Origin: an uncultured Gammaproteobacteria bacterium
GTDB lineage: Bacteria; Patescibacteriota; Patescibacteriia; VMEV01; CAYQCH01
Assembly: GCA_964352335.1 (NCBI GenBank)
Contig: CAYGRO010000004.1
Span: 42,970-106,969 of the forward strand
DNA length: 64,000 bases
Direction of reading: 5' to 3'
This document shows positions 51,470-58,743 of this stretch, piece after piece. The translations under genes were made by a program, and so were the position numbers. Below the pieces are notes generated by a model. The model was not told the DNA's origin. It worked only from the letters and a program-made list of their open reading frames with translations, and ran no database searches. How positions within the stretch are numbered: the stretch's first letter is position 1; every line of letters starts with the position of its first letter.

Positions 51470-51900
51470 ACAGTGAATTCTACAGAAAAAGGAACGGCCG
51501 CGACACCAAAGGGGAGGTGTCGCGGCCGCTTGCCCGAGGGCATAAGGGGATATGGAGAGCATCGGAGGACGCTCATTGTGGGAGTCCCTAGTTCAAATGA
51601 TTGTTCCACAGCGTTCTTCCTGGTTTCGCTATGGGTCATCTGCACGGGGCCAAGATGGTATACGGGGCTTCACCAACGAGGTTTAGCACGGTCTACGATC
51701 TTATTGGCTGTTCGGGACATGTGTAGGTGGCTGCGTCCCCCAAGAATCATTGGAAAGTGGGGGAGAGGGGGACGCAGCCTTAGTTTTGTAGCTGTCTCAG
51801 AGCAAGGAATCGATGGGGATGGACGGCTAAGCTAATTCGTTTTCGCTTTGCCTACATCAAACTCCACAGTGGTATTCAACGACTTTCCGGTGTTTTTAGC
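51470..51900. other. GC-rich non-coding segment with strong hairpins; candidate structured RNA or leader
   Basis: Hairpins ggccgcgacacc...ggtgtcgcggccgc and gctgcgtccccc...gggggacgcagcc, plus a long-range pairing gctgtctcagagc/gctctgagacaac. The overlapping ORFs have junk-like composition. Confidence 0.25.
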
Positions 51901-52029
51901 TCTGAGACAACAGAAAAAATATATTTGCATAGTTATTAAACAATGTCAAGACTTGCTATTGAGGAAAATCTATGATAAATTTGAGAATAGTTATCAATTT
52001 AACAAGTTTTTTAGCTAAATTTAGCCAAA

Positions 52030-52413
52030 ATGTCTTATCAAACTAGTCAAAAACAAGCGATTTTACAGCATGTGATGCTTTCTAAAAGTCATCCAACAGC
52101 TGATGAAGTCTTTAAAGCAGTCAAATCTGACCTGCCTAGTATTGGTTTTGCCACGGTTTATAGAAATTTAGCGACTTTAGCGAAAGAAGGAAAAATCAAA
52201 GAAGTACAATTTATTGATAAAAAGAAAAGATACGAAGGAAATACCCATCAACATCAACATTTTATTTGTACAAAATGTGAACGTATTGTTGATATGGAAT
52301 TATCTGAATTACTCAATATCAAAGACGCTGTTACAAAAATGCAATGTCATGAGGTGACAGAATATAATCTCGAATTAATTGGTATTTGCGCTGTTTGTAC
52401 AACTGACCACTAA
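52030..52413 (+). CDS. fur: Fur-family metalloregulator (Fur/PerR-like)
   Basis: A winged-helix N-terminus, an HQHQH motif and a C-terminal CxxC pair. Confidence 0.75.
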   Translation: MSYQTSQKQAILQHVMLSKSHPTADEVFKAVKSDLPSIGFATVYRNLATLAKEGKIKEVQFIDKKKRYEGNTHQHQHFICTKCERIVDMELSELLNIKDAVTKMQCHEVTEYNLELIGICAVCTTDH

Positions 52414-52532
52414 CCACTGACGACTGACCACTGACGACTGACCACTGACCACTGACCAATGACAGCTGACTACTGACAATAAACAGTTTAATGTATAGTC
52501 AGTAGTTAATTGTCAGTTGTTCGTTGTAGAAT
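52414..52532. repeat. k-mer-iterated inverted-repeat spacer (cactgac tandem 7-mers then gtcagt)
   Basis: ccactgacgactgaccactgacgactgaccactgaccactgaccaatgacagctgactactgac...gtcagtagttaattgtcagttg. Confidence 0.7.
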
Positions 52533-53666
52533 ATGAAACGAATTTATCTAGACCATGCCGCCACGACTCCAATCGACTCAGAAGTTGCTAATGCTATGCA
52601 ACCTTTTTTGACTGAGCAATTTGGAAATCCTTCTTCTCTTCATCAAGAAGGGAAACAGGCAAGACTTGCTTTAGAAGAAGCTCGAGCAAAGATTGCTACT
52701 TTTTTACATGCACAAAATGAAGAAATAATTTTTACAGGTTCTGGGACAGAAAGTTGTAATCTTGCAATTGTTGGAGTTGCTTATGCTCAAAAAGAAAAAG
52801 GGAAACATCTTATCACAACAAAGGTAGAGCATCATGCTGTTTTAGAATCATTTGAATATTTAGAAAAACAAGGTTGGCAAATTACTTGGTTAGATGTCGA
52901 CGAATTTGGAATGGTCAATGCAAATGATGTGGCCAATGCGATTACTGATCAAACTGTTCTGGTCAGTATTATCATGGCCAATAATGAAGTTGGATCCATT
53001 AACCCTATTAAAGAAATTAATCGACGAGCGAAACAAAAGAATCCAAATGTCCTTGTTCATACAGATGCTTGCCAAGCTACTGGTTATCTAAAACTTGATG
53101 TGAAAAGCCTTGGAGTTGATTTACTTACTATCAATGCTTCTAAAATATACGGGCCAAAAGGAGTTGGTGTTTTGTATAAACAAAAATTAGTTAAACTCGA
53201 TCCTGTCATCCACGGAGGCGGGCAAGAAAAAGGTTTACATTCTGGAACACAAAATGTCCCAGCTATAGTTGGGTTTGCAAAAGCGGTAGAACTGATTAAT
53301 CTAGAGCCTGAATCAATCAAAGAATTACGAGATGAGTTTATTCAATTACTTCAAAAAGAAATCCCATCAATTGTGGTCAACGGTCATTTGGAAAAACGTC
53401 TCCCAAATAATGTAAATGTAAGTATCCCAGCAGTAGATGGGGAGACATTAGTAATCTTTTTAGATCAAAAAGGAATTGCTTGTTCAACAGCCGCTGCCTG
53501 TACAACCGCTTCAACTGAACCATCACATGTATTACTTGCCATGGGAAAAACAGAAGAAGAAGCCAAAAGCTCACTTAGATTCACCCTCGGAAAATCAACC
53601 ACAAAAGAAGATTTACAATATACCGTTGAAAAACTAAAAGAATCAATCCAAACCCTTTCTAAATAA
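52533..53666 (+). CDS. iscS: Cysteine desulfurase (class V aminotransferase, IscS/NifS-like)
   Basis: The N-terminus MKRIYLDHAATTP, the PLP-lysine region SKIYGPKG and a catalytic Cys loop. Confidence 0.85.
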   Translation: MKRIYLDHAATTPIDSEVANAMQPFLTEQFGNPSSLHQEGKQARLALEEARAKIATFLHAQNEEIIFTGSGTESCNLAIVGVAYAQKEKGKHLITTKVEHHAVLESFEYLEKQGWQITWLDVDEFGMVNANDVANAITDQTVLVSIIMANNEVGSINPIKEINRRAKQKNPNVLVHTDACQATGYLKLDVKSLGVDLLTINASKIYGPKGVGVLYKQKLVKLDPVIHGGGQEKGLHSGTQNVPAIVGFAKAVELINLEPESIKELRDEFIQLLQKEIPSIVVNGHLEKRLPNNVNVSIPAVDGETLVIFLDQKGIACSTAAACTTASTEPSHVLLAMGKTEEEAKSSLRFTLGKSTTKEDLQYTVEKLKESIQTLSK

Positions 53667-53702
53667 TATTTTACGCTTTACCAATTTACGCTTTTACATT
53701 CT

Positions 53703-54347
53703 ATGGCCCTATGTGCCCACCACAAACATGATAATGTCGACGGGATCGTGAGAAACGAGCCTTGGGTTGATACTGAGCGAGATTTTGTGAAAGTTTGTCA
53801 TTGTGAGCTTTGTACAAAAGGGAAAGCCGATGAAATCATCGAAACACTTCGAAAACATTTTACAGGGACAACTATGCAATTAGTTGCATCACCTAGCCCT
53901 GGTTCTACTTGCAAAAGAGGGAATAGCGTTATTATTAATGACCAAGTGGCGGTGATTACTGATTTGAATAATTTAGGGCAAAGAATTGATAAAGAAGTAG
54001 AAAGACAAAGGTTACAAAGACAAGATCATCCAGAAGAGAATAAAGATGTGATTAAAGTTTGTTTTGGTCCTAGTTGTGGACATAAAGGAGCAGAAGAAAT
54101 CGAAAAAAATCTTTGGAAACAATATAGTAAGAATGATGATGTAAGAATTATGCGATGCGGGTGTACAGGAAATTGTGCGCAAGCAAATAATGTGGTTGTA
54201 AATGACAATATTATCAATCGCCAAAGTCCATTGAGAGTGTTCAATAATGTCGAAATTGAATTAAGTAAACAAAGAAAAGAAAAAGCTCGAAATTCTGGTC
54301 CATTAACCATGGATGAGGCGGAAGATATTTTGGGGTTGGGGTTTTAA
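53703..54347 (+). CDS. Tandem thioredoxin-like [2Fe-2S] ferredoxin (NuoE-like) protein
   Basis: Two repeats carrying C-x4-C and a downstream Cys cluster: KVCHCELC and KVCFGPSC...CGCTGNC. Confidence 0.55.
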   Translation: MALCAHHKHDNVDGIVRNEPWVDTERDFVKVCHCELCTKGKADEIIETLRKHFTGTTMQLVASPSPGSTCKRGNSVIINDQVAVITDLNNLGQRIDKEVERQRLQRQDHPEENKDVIKVCFGPSCGHKGAEEIEKNLWKQYSKNDDVRIMRCGCTGNCAQANNVVVNDNIINRQSPLRVFNNVEIELSKQRKEKARNSGPLTMDEAEDILGLGF

Positions 54348-54452
54348 AATACCTCCCCTCAATCCCCTCCTAACTTAGGAGGGGAAGGTACGAGACTGTT
54401 TATCTTGTTCCTCCTCCCCTTTGCTAAGGGGGAGGTCGGGAGGGGGTATTGA
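54348..54452. repeat. Pair of GC-rich CCTCC..GGAGG palindromes
   Basis: The sequences cccctcctaacttaggagggg and cctcctcccctttgctaagggggaggtcgggagg. Confidence 0.5.
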
Positions 54453-54482
54453 TCAGCATTATTCAAGTGATAAAACATAAAT

Positions 54483-54806
54483 ATGCCAGTACGAATGTAC
54501 GAAGAAAATGAAATACATGAATGTAAAACTTGTGGTTTAATGCTACAGGTTTCTTTGGCTGCTGTTCCGATTGAACCGCTTATTTGTTGTGGGAGCTTAA
54601 TGGCATATTTAAAAAAGCATGAAAAACCAGAAGAAGTATTTGATCTGACACAAAAACCAGTTTTACCAAATGCTAAAGAAACTATTTATACAAAAGGGGA
54701 GAAATATACTTGTTCGCTTTGTGGTATTGAAGTTCTTATTCTTAGAACATCTCAACCTATTGATATGCTCGATTGTTGCGGAGAAGGTATGGAATTAATG
54801 AACTAA
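54483..54806 (+). CDS. Tandem desulforedoxin-domain protein
   Basis: Two copies of the Y-x-C-x2-C-G...CCGE-x-M pattern: ECKTCGLMLQV...LICCGSLM and YTCSLCGIEVLIL...LDCCGEGMEL. Confidence 0.65.
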   Translation: MPVRMYEENEIHECKTCGLMLQVSLAAVPIEPLICCGSLMAYLKKHEKPEEVFDLTQKPVLPNAKETIYTKGEKYTCSLCGIEVLILRTSQPIDMLDCCGEGMELMN

Positions 54807-54842
54807 CTAATGTGTTTGTCTTGTATTAGGTACTAGACGAGC

Positions 54843-55427
54843 ATGCTATTTAAATCATTAAGACAAAAAATTATGGAAGACCATGATATGATGCATTTCT
54901 CTCCACGTTTGGTGGGAAATCCTGCTCCATTATGGAAAATGGACGGAGTTAAAAAAGAAGATTTTCACTCTCACTCACTAGAAGATTATAAAGGAAAATG
55001 GTTGGTAATGTTTTTTTACCCATTAGATTTTACCTTTGTTTGTCCAACAGAAATTAAAGGTTTTGATAAAGAAGTAGAAAAATTCCGAGAAATGAATGCA
55101 GAAGTTGTAGGTGTTTCTACAGATTCAGTTCATTCTCATAAAGCATGGATTGCTCGAGACTTTGGTGGAGAGCTCAATATCCCATTGCTTTCAGATATGA
55201 CAAAAAATGTTGCTTACGACTATGGAGTTCTTTTAGAAGATGAAGGAATTGCTTTACGAGGAACATTTATTATCGACCCAGAAGGAGTTGTAAAATACGC
55301 TGTTGTTTCTGACAATAATGTAGGACGTTCTGTTTCTGAAACTTTACGTGTTCTAAAAGCATTACAATCTGGTGACCTTTGTCCAATTGATTGGGAAGAA
55401 GGACAAGATACTTTAGGGAAGGCTTAA
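54843..55427 (+). CDS. Peroxiredoxin (AhpC/TSA family, Prx6-like)
   Basis: The peroxidatic FTFVCPTEI motif and C-terminal LCPIDW. Confidence 0.85.
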   Translation: MLFKSLRQKIMEDHDMMHFSPRLVGNPAPLWKMDGVKKEDFHSHSLEDYKGKWLVMFFYPLDFTFVCPTEIKGFDKEVEKFREMNAEVVGVSTDSVHSHKAWIARDFGGELNIPLLSDMTKNVAYDYGVLLEDEGIALRGTFIIDPEGVVKYAVVSDNNVGRSVSETLRVLKALQSGDLCPIDWEEGQDTLGKA

Positions 55428-55460
55428 ATCAATGGATCAATAAACAATGATCAATTAGCA

Positions 55461-55488
55461 AAAAGCGCTCGTTTGGGCGCTTTTTTGT
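55461..55488 (+). terminator. Terminator hairpin after prx; its 3' half is the left copy of a 19-bp direct repeat
   Basis: aaaagcgctcgtttgggcgctttttt. Confidence 0.6.
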
Positions 55489-55545
55489 GTTGACAAAAAA
55501 GAAAAAATATGCTATCATTTTCCCAGTCTTGTTCCTGGAGGATGT

Positions 55546-55794
55546 ATGACTCGACTGGCTATTAGCTACTATTGTGATGAGTTGGGCTCAGAGGCATTGG
55601 TTCGCTTGATCAAGCGATCCATGGATAGGCGCGAAGAGATTCGCGTTCATCTGGAAGGTCGTCTTCCTGTTATCTGTATTCCCACTCCGATGAACGGAGA
55701 TATATCACCTGACGGTAGCATCTTTTGGGTAAAAGCGCATGAGCGGTATTTCCTCTCTCGTGCATTGACCCAAGTCGACGTTTTTGTCGACTAG
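55546..55794 (+). CDS. Hypothetical 82-aa protein on a GC-rich insert
   Basis: A GGAGG SD is present. Its GC content is above the flanks. Confidence 0.4.
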   Translation: MTRLAISYYCDELGSEALVRLIKRSMDRREEIRVHLEGRLPVICIPTPMNGDISPDGSIFWVKAHERYFLSRALTQVDVFVD

Positions 55795-56013
55795 TCGCTC
55801 ATTTGAGCAATAGTTGTACTGAGCTAACCCTCAGAACGAATGGTCGACATTTGTCGGCAACAATACAAAGAGGTTAGATGCTTTGTATTTCCGCGTTTAA
55901 CGACGTATACAGGGAAACCTGTTTAACAAGTCTTGGCGGTCGGACTAAAGTGATCGCACTTCAAGCCAGAAATGGCTACTTGCAGACATTGCCTTGCGCC
56001 GTGTCTGCTTTTA

Positions 56014-56032
56014 CGTTTGGGCGCTTTTTTGT
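56014..56032 (+). repeat. Right copy of the 19-bp direct repeat cgtttgggcgcttttttgt
   Basis: Exact 19/19 match to 55470-55488. Confidence 0.7.
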
Positions 56033-56055
56033 TTTTAAATTGAATTCATGTTTAA

Positions 56056-56871
56056 ATGAAACCTATGTCAACAGAAAAAACGTGGGAACAATTTTATAAA
56101 AACAATGACGGGATCTATTCTTCGGGTCATTTTTCTGATAGGAAAGATATTGATGGGCAGATTTATAATAACTATCAAATAGCTTATCGAGAAGAATTAT
56201 TGAAGTATTCTGGAAAAGAATTAGCTGTTGAGCTTGGTTGTGGGAATAAACCAATTTTTGAAGTGCTGGGGCATTTTGACTCAGTTTACTATACGGATAT
56301 TTCAAAAGAAGCTTTGGTTCAAGCAAAAAAGGCATTTGAAGCATTGGATACGAGTAAACTAATAACAGATTCAGTCTATTTTGAAGAAATGAATGTAGAT
56401 TCTTTTTTACTTTTTGATAACGACTCTCTTGATCTCGTCTTTAATACAAGGGCACCACATAGAGATGAGACTTCGAAGGAATTGTATCGAACACTCAAAG
56501 ATGATGGAGTTTATGTTTATCAAACAATAGGGGAAGAAGATTTCAAAGATTTTAAGCTTTTGTTACAAGATGGTCGGTTTTATGATGATTATTTGAAACT
56601 AGGGAAAACAAGATTTCAGGTTGTAAAAGAATCACTTATCCAAGCTAGTTTTAATCAAGACAATATTGAGCTTATTTTTGATGATCGATATAAAAACTAC
56701 TTTGACTCAAAAGAAGAATTTAAAGAAAAACTTTGGTTATTAGTTGGTGACTTCAATTTTGATTCTCCTGAGCTTGATAAGGTTATCGATGAATATATTG
56801 ATTCACATACAAATGAAGAAGGGAAGATTTGGGTGGAGAATCATCGAATTGTTATTAAGGCTGTAAAATAA
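56056..56871 (+). CDS. Class I SAM-dependent methyltransferase
   Basis: The glycine-rich motif LGCGNKP. Confidence 0.55.
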   Translation: MKPMSTEKTWEQFYKNNDGIYSSGHFSDRKDIDGQIYNNYQIAYREELLKYSGKELAVELGCGNKPIFEVLGHFDSVYYTDISKEALVQAKKAFEALDTSKLITDSVYFEEMNVDSFLLFDNDSLDLVFNTRAPHRDETSKELYRTLKDDGVYVYQTIGEEDFKDFKLLLQDGRFYDDYLKLGKTRFQVVKESLIQASFNQDNIELIFDDRYKNYFDSKEEFKEKLWLLVGDFNFDSPELDKVIDEYIDSHTNEEGKIWVENHRIVIKAVK

Positions 56872-56947
56872 CCATGTCATTCCCGCGAAGGCGGGAATCT
56901 ATCTGGAATGATGAGATACCTGCCTCCGCAGGTATGACAGCTTAAAT

Positions 56948-57610
56948 ATGCCAATCAAAATCCACCCATCCTGGAAAAGTAAATTATCACAAGAATTTGA
57001 AAAACTTTACTTCAAAGAGCTTTCTGATTTTGTAAAAAATGAGTATTTGACCAAGCGAGTTTATCCACCGCCCAAACAAATGTTTTCAGCCTTTGACCAT
57101 GCGCCATTTGATAATGTGCGAGTAGTTATTCTTGGGCAAGATCCTTACCATGGGCCAAATCAAGCGAATGGGCTTTGTTTTTCGGTGAGTGATGGAGTGA
57201 AGATTCCACCGTCATTGAGAAATATTTACAAAGAATTAGAATCTGACCTTGGAATTGTTCCTAATGAATCTGGGAATCTAGAAAGATGGGCAGAACAGGG
57301 AGTTTTTTTATTAAATGCGACTTTATCAGTTTTAGCTGGCCAAGCTGGGTCACATCAAAAGAAAGGGTGGGAAGAGTTTACAGATGCTGTGATTAAAACG
57401 CTTTCGGATGAACGTGAGCACCTTGTTTTTATCCTCTGGGGCGCTTATGCGCAACAAAAGGGGGTGGTGATAGATACAAGCAAGCACTTGGTTCTTAAGT
57501 CGCCACATCCTTCTCCATTTAGCGCGCATAGTGGTTTTTTTGGAAGTAAACCTTTTTCAAAAACGAATACTTATTTAACAGAGCATGGTTTTGAGCCAAT
57601 TGCTTGGTAA
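56948..57610 (+). CDS. ung: Uracil-DNA glycosylase family 1
   Basis: Motifs [11 protein letters not shown] and HPSP. Confidence 0.9.
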   Translation: MPIKIHPSWKSKLSQEFEKLYFKELSDFVKNEYLTKRVYPPPKQMFSAFDHAPFDNVRVVILGQDPYHGPNQANGLCFSVSDGVKIPPSLRNIYKELESDLGIVPNESGNLERWAEQGVFLLNATLSVLAGQAGSHQKKGWEEFTDAVIKTLSDEREHLVFILWGAYAQQKGVVIDTSKHLVLKSPHPSPFSAHSGFFGSKPFSKTNTYLTEHGFEPIAW

Positions 57611-57668
57611 GTTATCAACAATTGTTTGAAAAATGTAGAAATGTTAAAGTGTTTTCACTCGTCTCGTC

Positions 57669-58265
57669 GTGGGCATCGGCCCTCGGCGTTTTTCATTCCC
57701 GCAGTTAGATAAGGGGGGACAATTGACCGAATCGAATGACCGTATTTTGCCTGAGGAGTTCTACAAGCTTCTCATGCACTCCATAACCGAACAACTGGCA
57801 ATGCTCAAGATTTCTGTCGATGCGACAGAGGAAGACTTTGTTCGCCAGCTGCTCAGGATCATCACCTCACTCCATCAAGTTCGTCGCATGCTCACCCAGC
57901 ATGATCCGCGCTTGAAGGAGATGATTGGTCAGATCATCGAGGAAGATGACTACTCTGATCCTGAGCTCGAGACTCGGCGTGCGGAGCGTGATGAGTTGAG
58001 CCAAGACTTCCTCGACGACGTCGAGATTGACCCGACGGACTTCCGTCTGGCGGAGACGCTGGTGCTTCTCGGGCAGTCCACCGGCTCGCTTCCTCCTTTG
58101 GACACCATTGACTTGGTCCAAAAGTTCTCGCGAGAGGCACTTGGGATCGGGCTCACCGTGGCCAACCAGGCAGGGGAATGCGAAGAAGTTTTCGTTCATC
58201 GCATCGTCAGCGTCATCAACGGCGAGATGGCTAGAAGCAGTTCTGCCGTTAAGGCGCTCACGTAA
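57669..58265 (+). CDS. Hypothetical acidic protein in a GC-rich island
   Basis: GC-rich 198-aa ORF with a GC hairpin at its 3' end. Confidence 0.4.
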   Translation: MGIGPRRFSFPQLDKGGQLTESNDRILPEEFYKLLMHSITEQLAMLKISVDATEEDFVRQLLRIITSLHQVRRMLTQHDPRLKEMIGQIIEEDDYSDPELETRRAERDELSQDFLDDVEIDPTDFRLAETLVLLGQSTGSLPPLDTIDLVQKFSREALGIGLTVANQAGECEEVFVHRIVSVINGEMARSSSAVKALT

Positions 58266-58611
58266 GCAACCATCCCTCTCAGCTGGCACGCGCTGGCTGA
58301 GAGGGGAAACATTATTAGTTATCCACAGTTTGATTTGAAAGTAATCTGATTTCTTAAAAATTAGGCAATTTGGTCACGGCTATGAGTTTGTGTTAGAATG
58401 TAATCACTCACAAAGGATAACGTCTAGACCTTTCGTACCACAACATGTTGTGGTATTATAAACCCAGAGGTCACTATATCTAGCAAACTGGGTTTGACGA
58501 AAAACCAGATCGGACGAGACCCTCTCATTGATCTACATACAATCGAGAATACGTCCCGCGATGTGGTTTTTTGTATGGGAAAATTTAGTTTCTCCCAATT
58601 AATTGAGTTCT

Positions 58612-58735
58612 TCAACTGCGGTATGATTCGAATTTACGAATTAATACTAATCTACAAATATCATTATAAAGAGGGTTATTTGCAGATTCGAATGTATTCG
58701 TAAATTAGCATCACCATTTGCAATAAAATAAACAG
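58612..58735. repeat. MITE-like palindromic repeat, copy C
   Basis: atgattcgaatttacgaatt...aatctacaaatat...tatttgcagattcgaatgtattcgtaaattagcatcaccatttgcaataaaataa. Confidence 0.65.
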
Positions 58736-58743
58736 TTACCCCT

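Noticed and set aside
51473-51835. 120-aa + strand ORF and 61-aa minus-strand ORF in the GC-rich leader
   Set aside because: R/G/W-rich junk-like composition typical of non-coding GC-rich sequence.
51470-51900. tmRNA or RNase P RNA in the GC-rich non-coding segment
   Set aside because: I looked on both strands for the RNase P P4 strings (GGAAAGUCCGG, ACAGAA..CCGGCUUA) and for a tmRNA T-loop (GGUUCGA.UCC), a terminal CCA and a plausible tag ORF ending in AA-stop. Only partial matches were found (CCGGAAAGUC, and the tag-like frames end QSENELA-stop). I kept it only as an unspecified structured-RNA candidate.
52414-52475. Possible CRISPR array (tandem cactgac units)
   Set aside because: The units are 7-mers in direct contiguity without spacers. 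They are followed by their reverse complement. No cas genes are present. This is a k-mer hairpin spacer, not a CRISPR.
58612-58640. tRNA-like ggtatgattcgaatttac in MITE copy C
   Set aside because: The GATTCGAAT string resembles a T-loop. There is no acceptor or anticodon stem context, and the same string recurs in all MITE copies, so it is a repeat core and not a tRNA.
58330-58743. Cobalamin riboswitch upstream of nrdJ
   Set aside because: No B12-box-like GCCACUG core was found, and B12 riboswitches normally precede B12-independent isozymes. The region is mostly occupied by MITE copy C.
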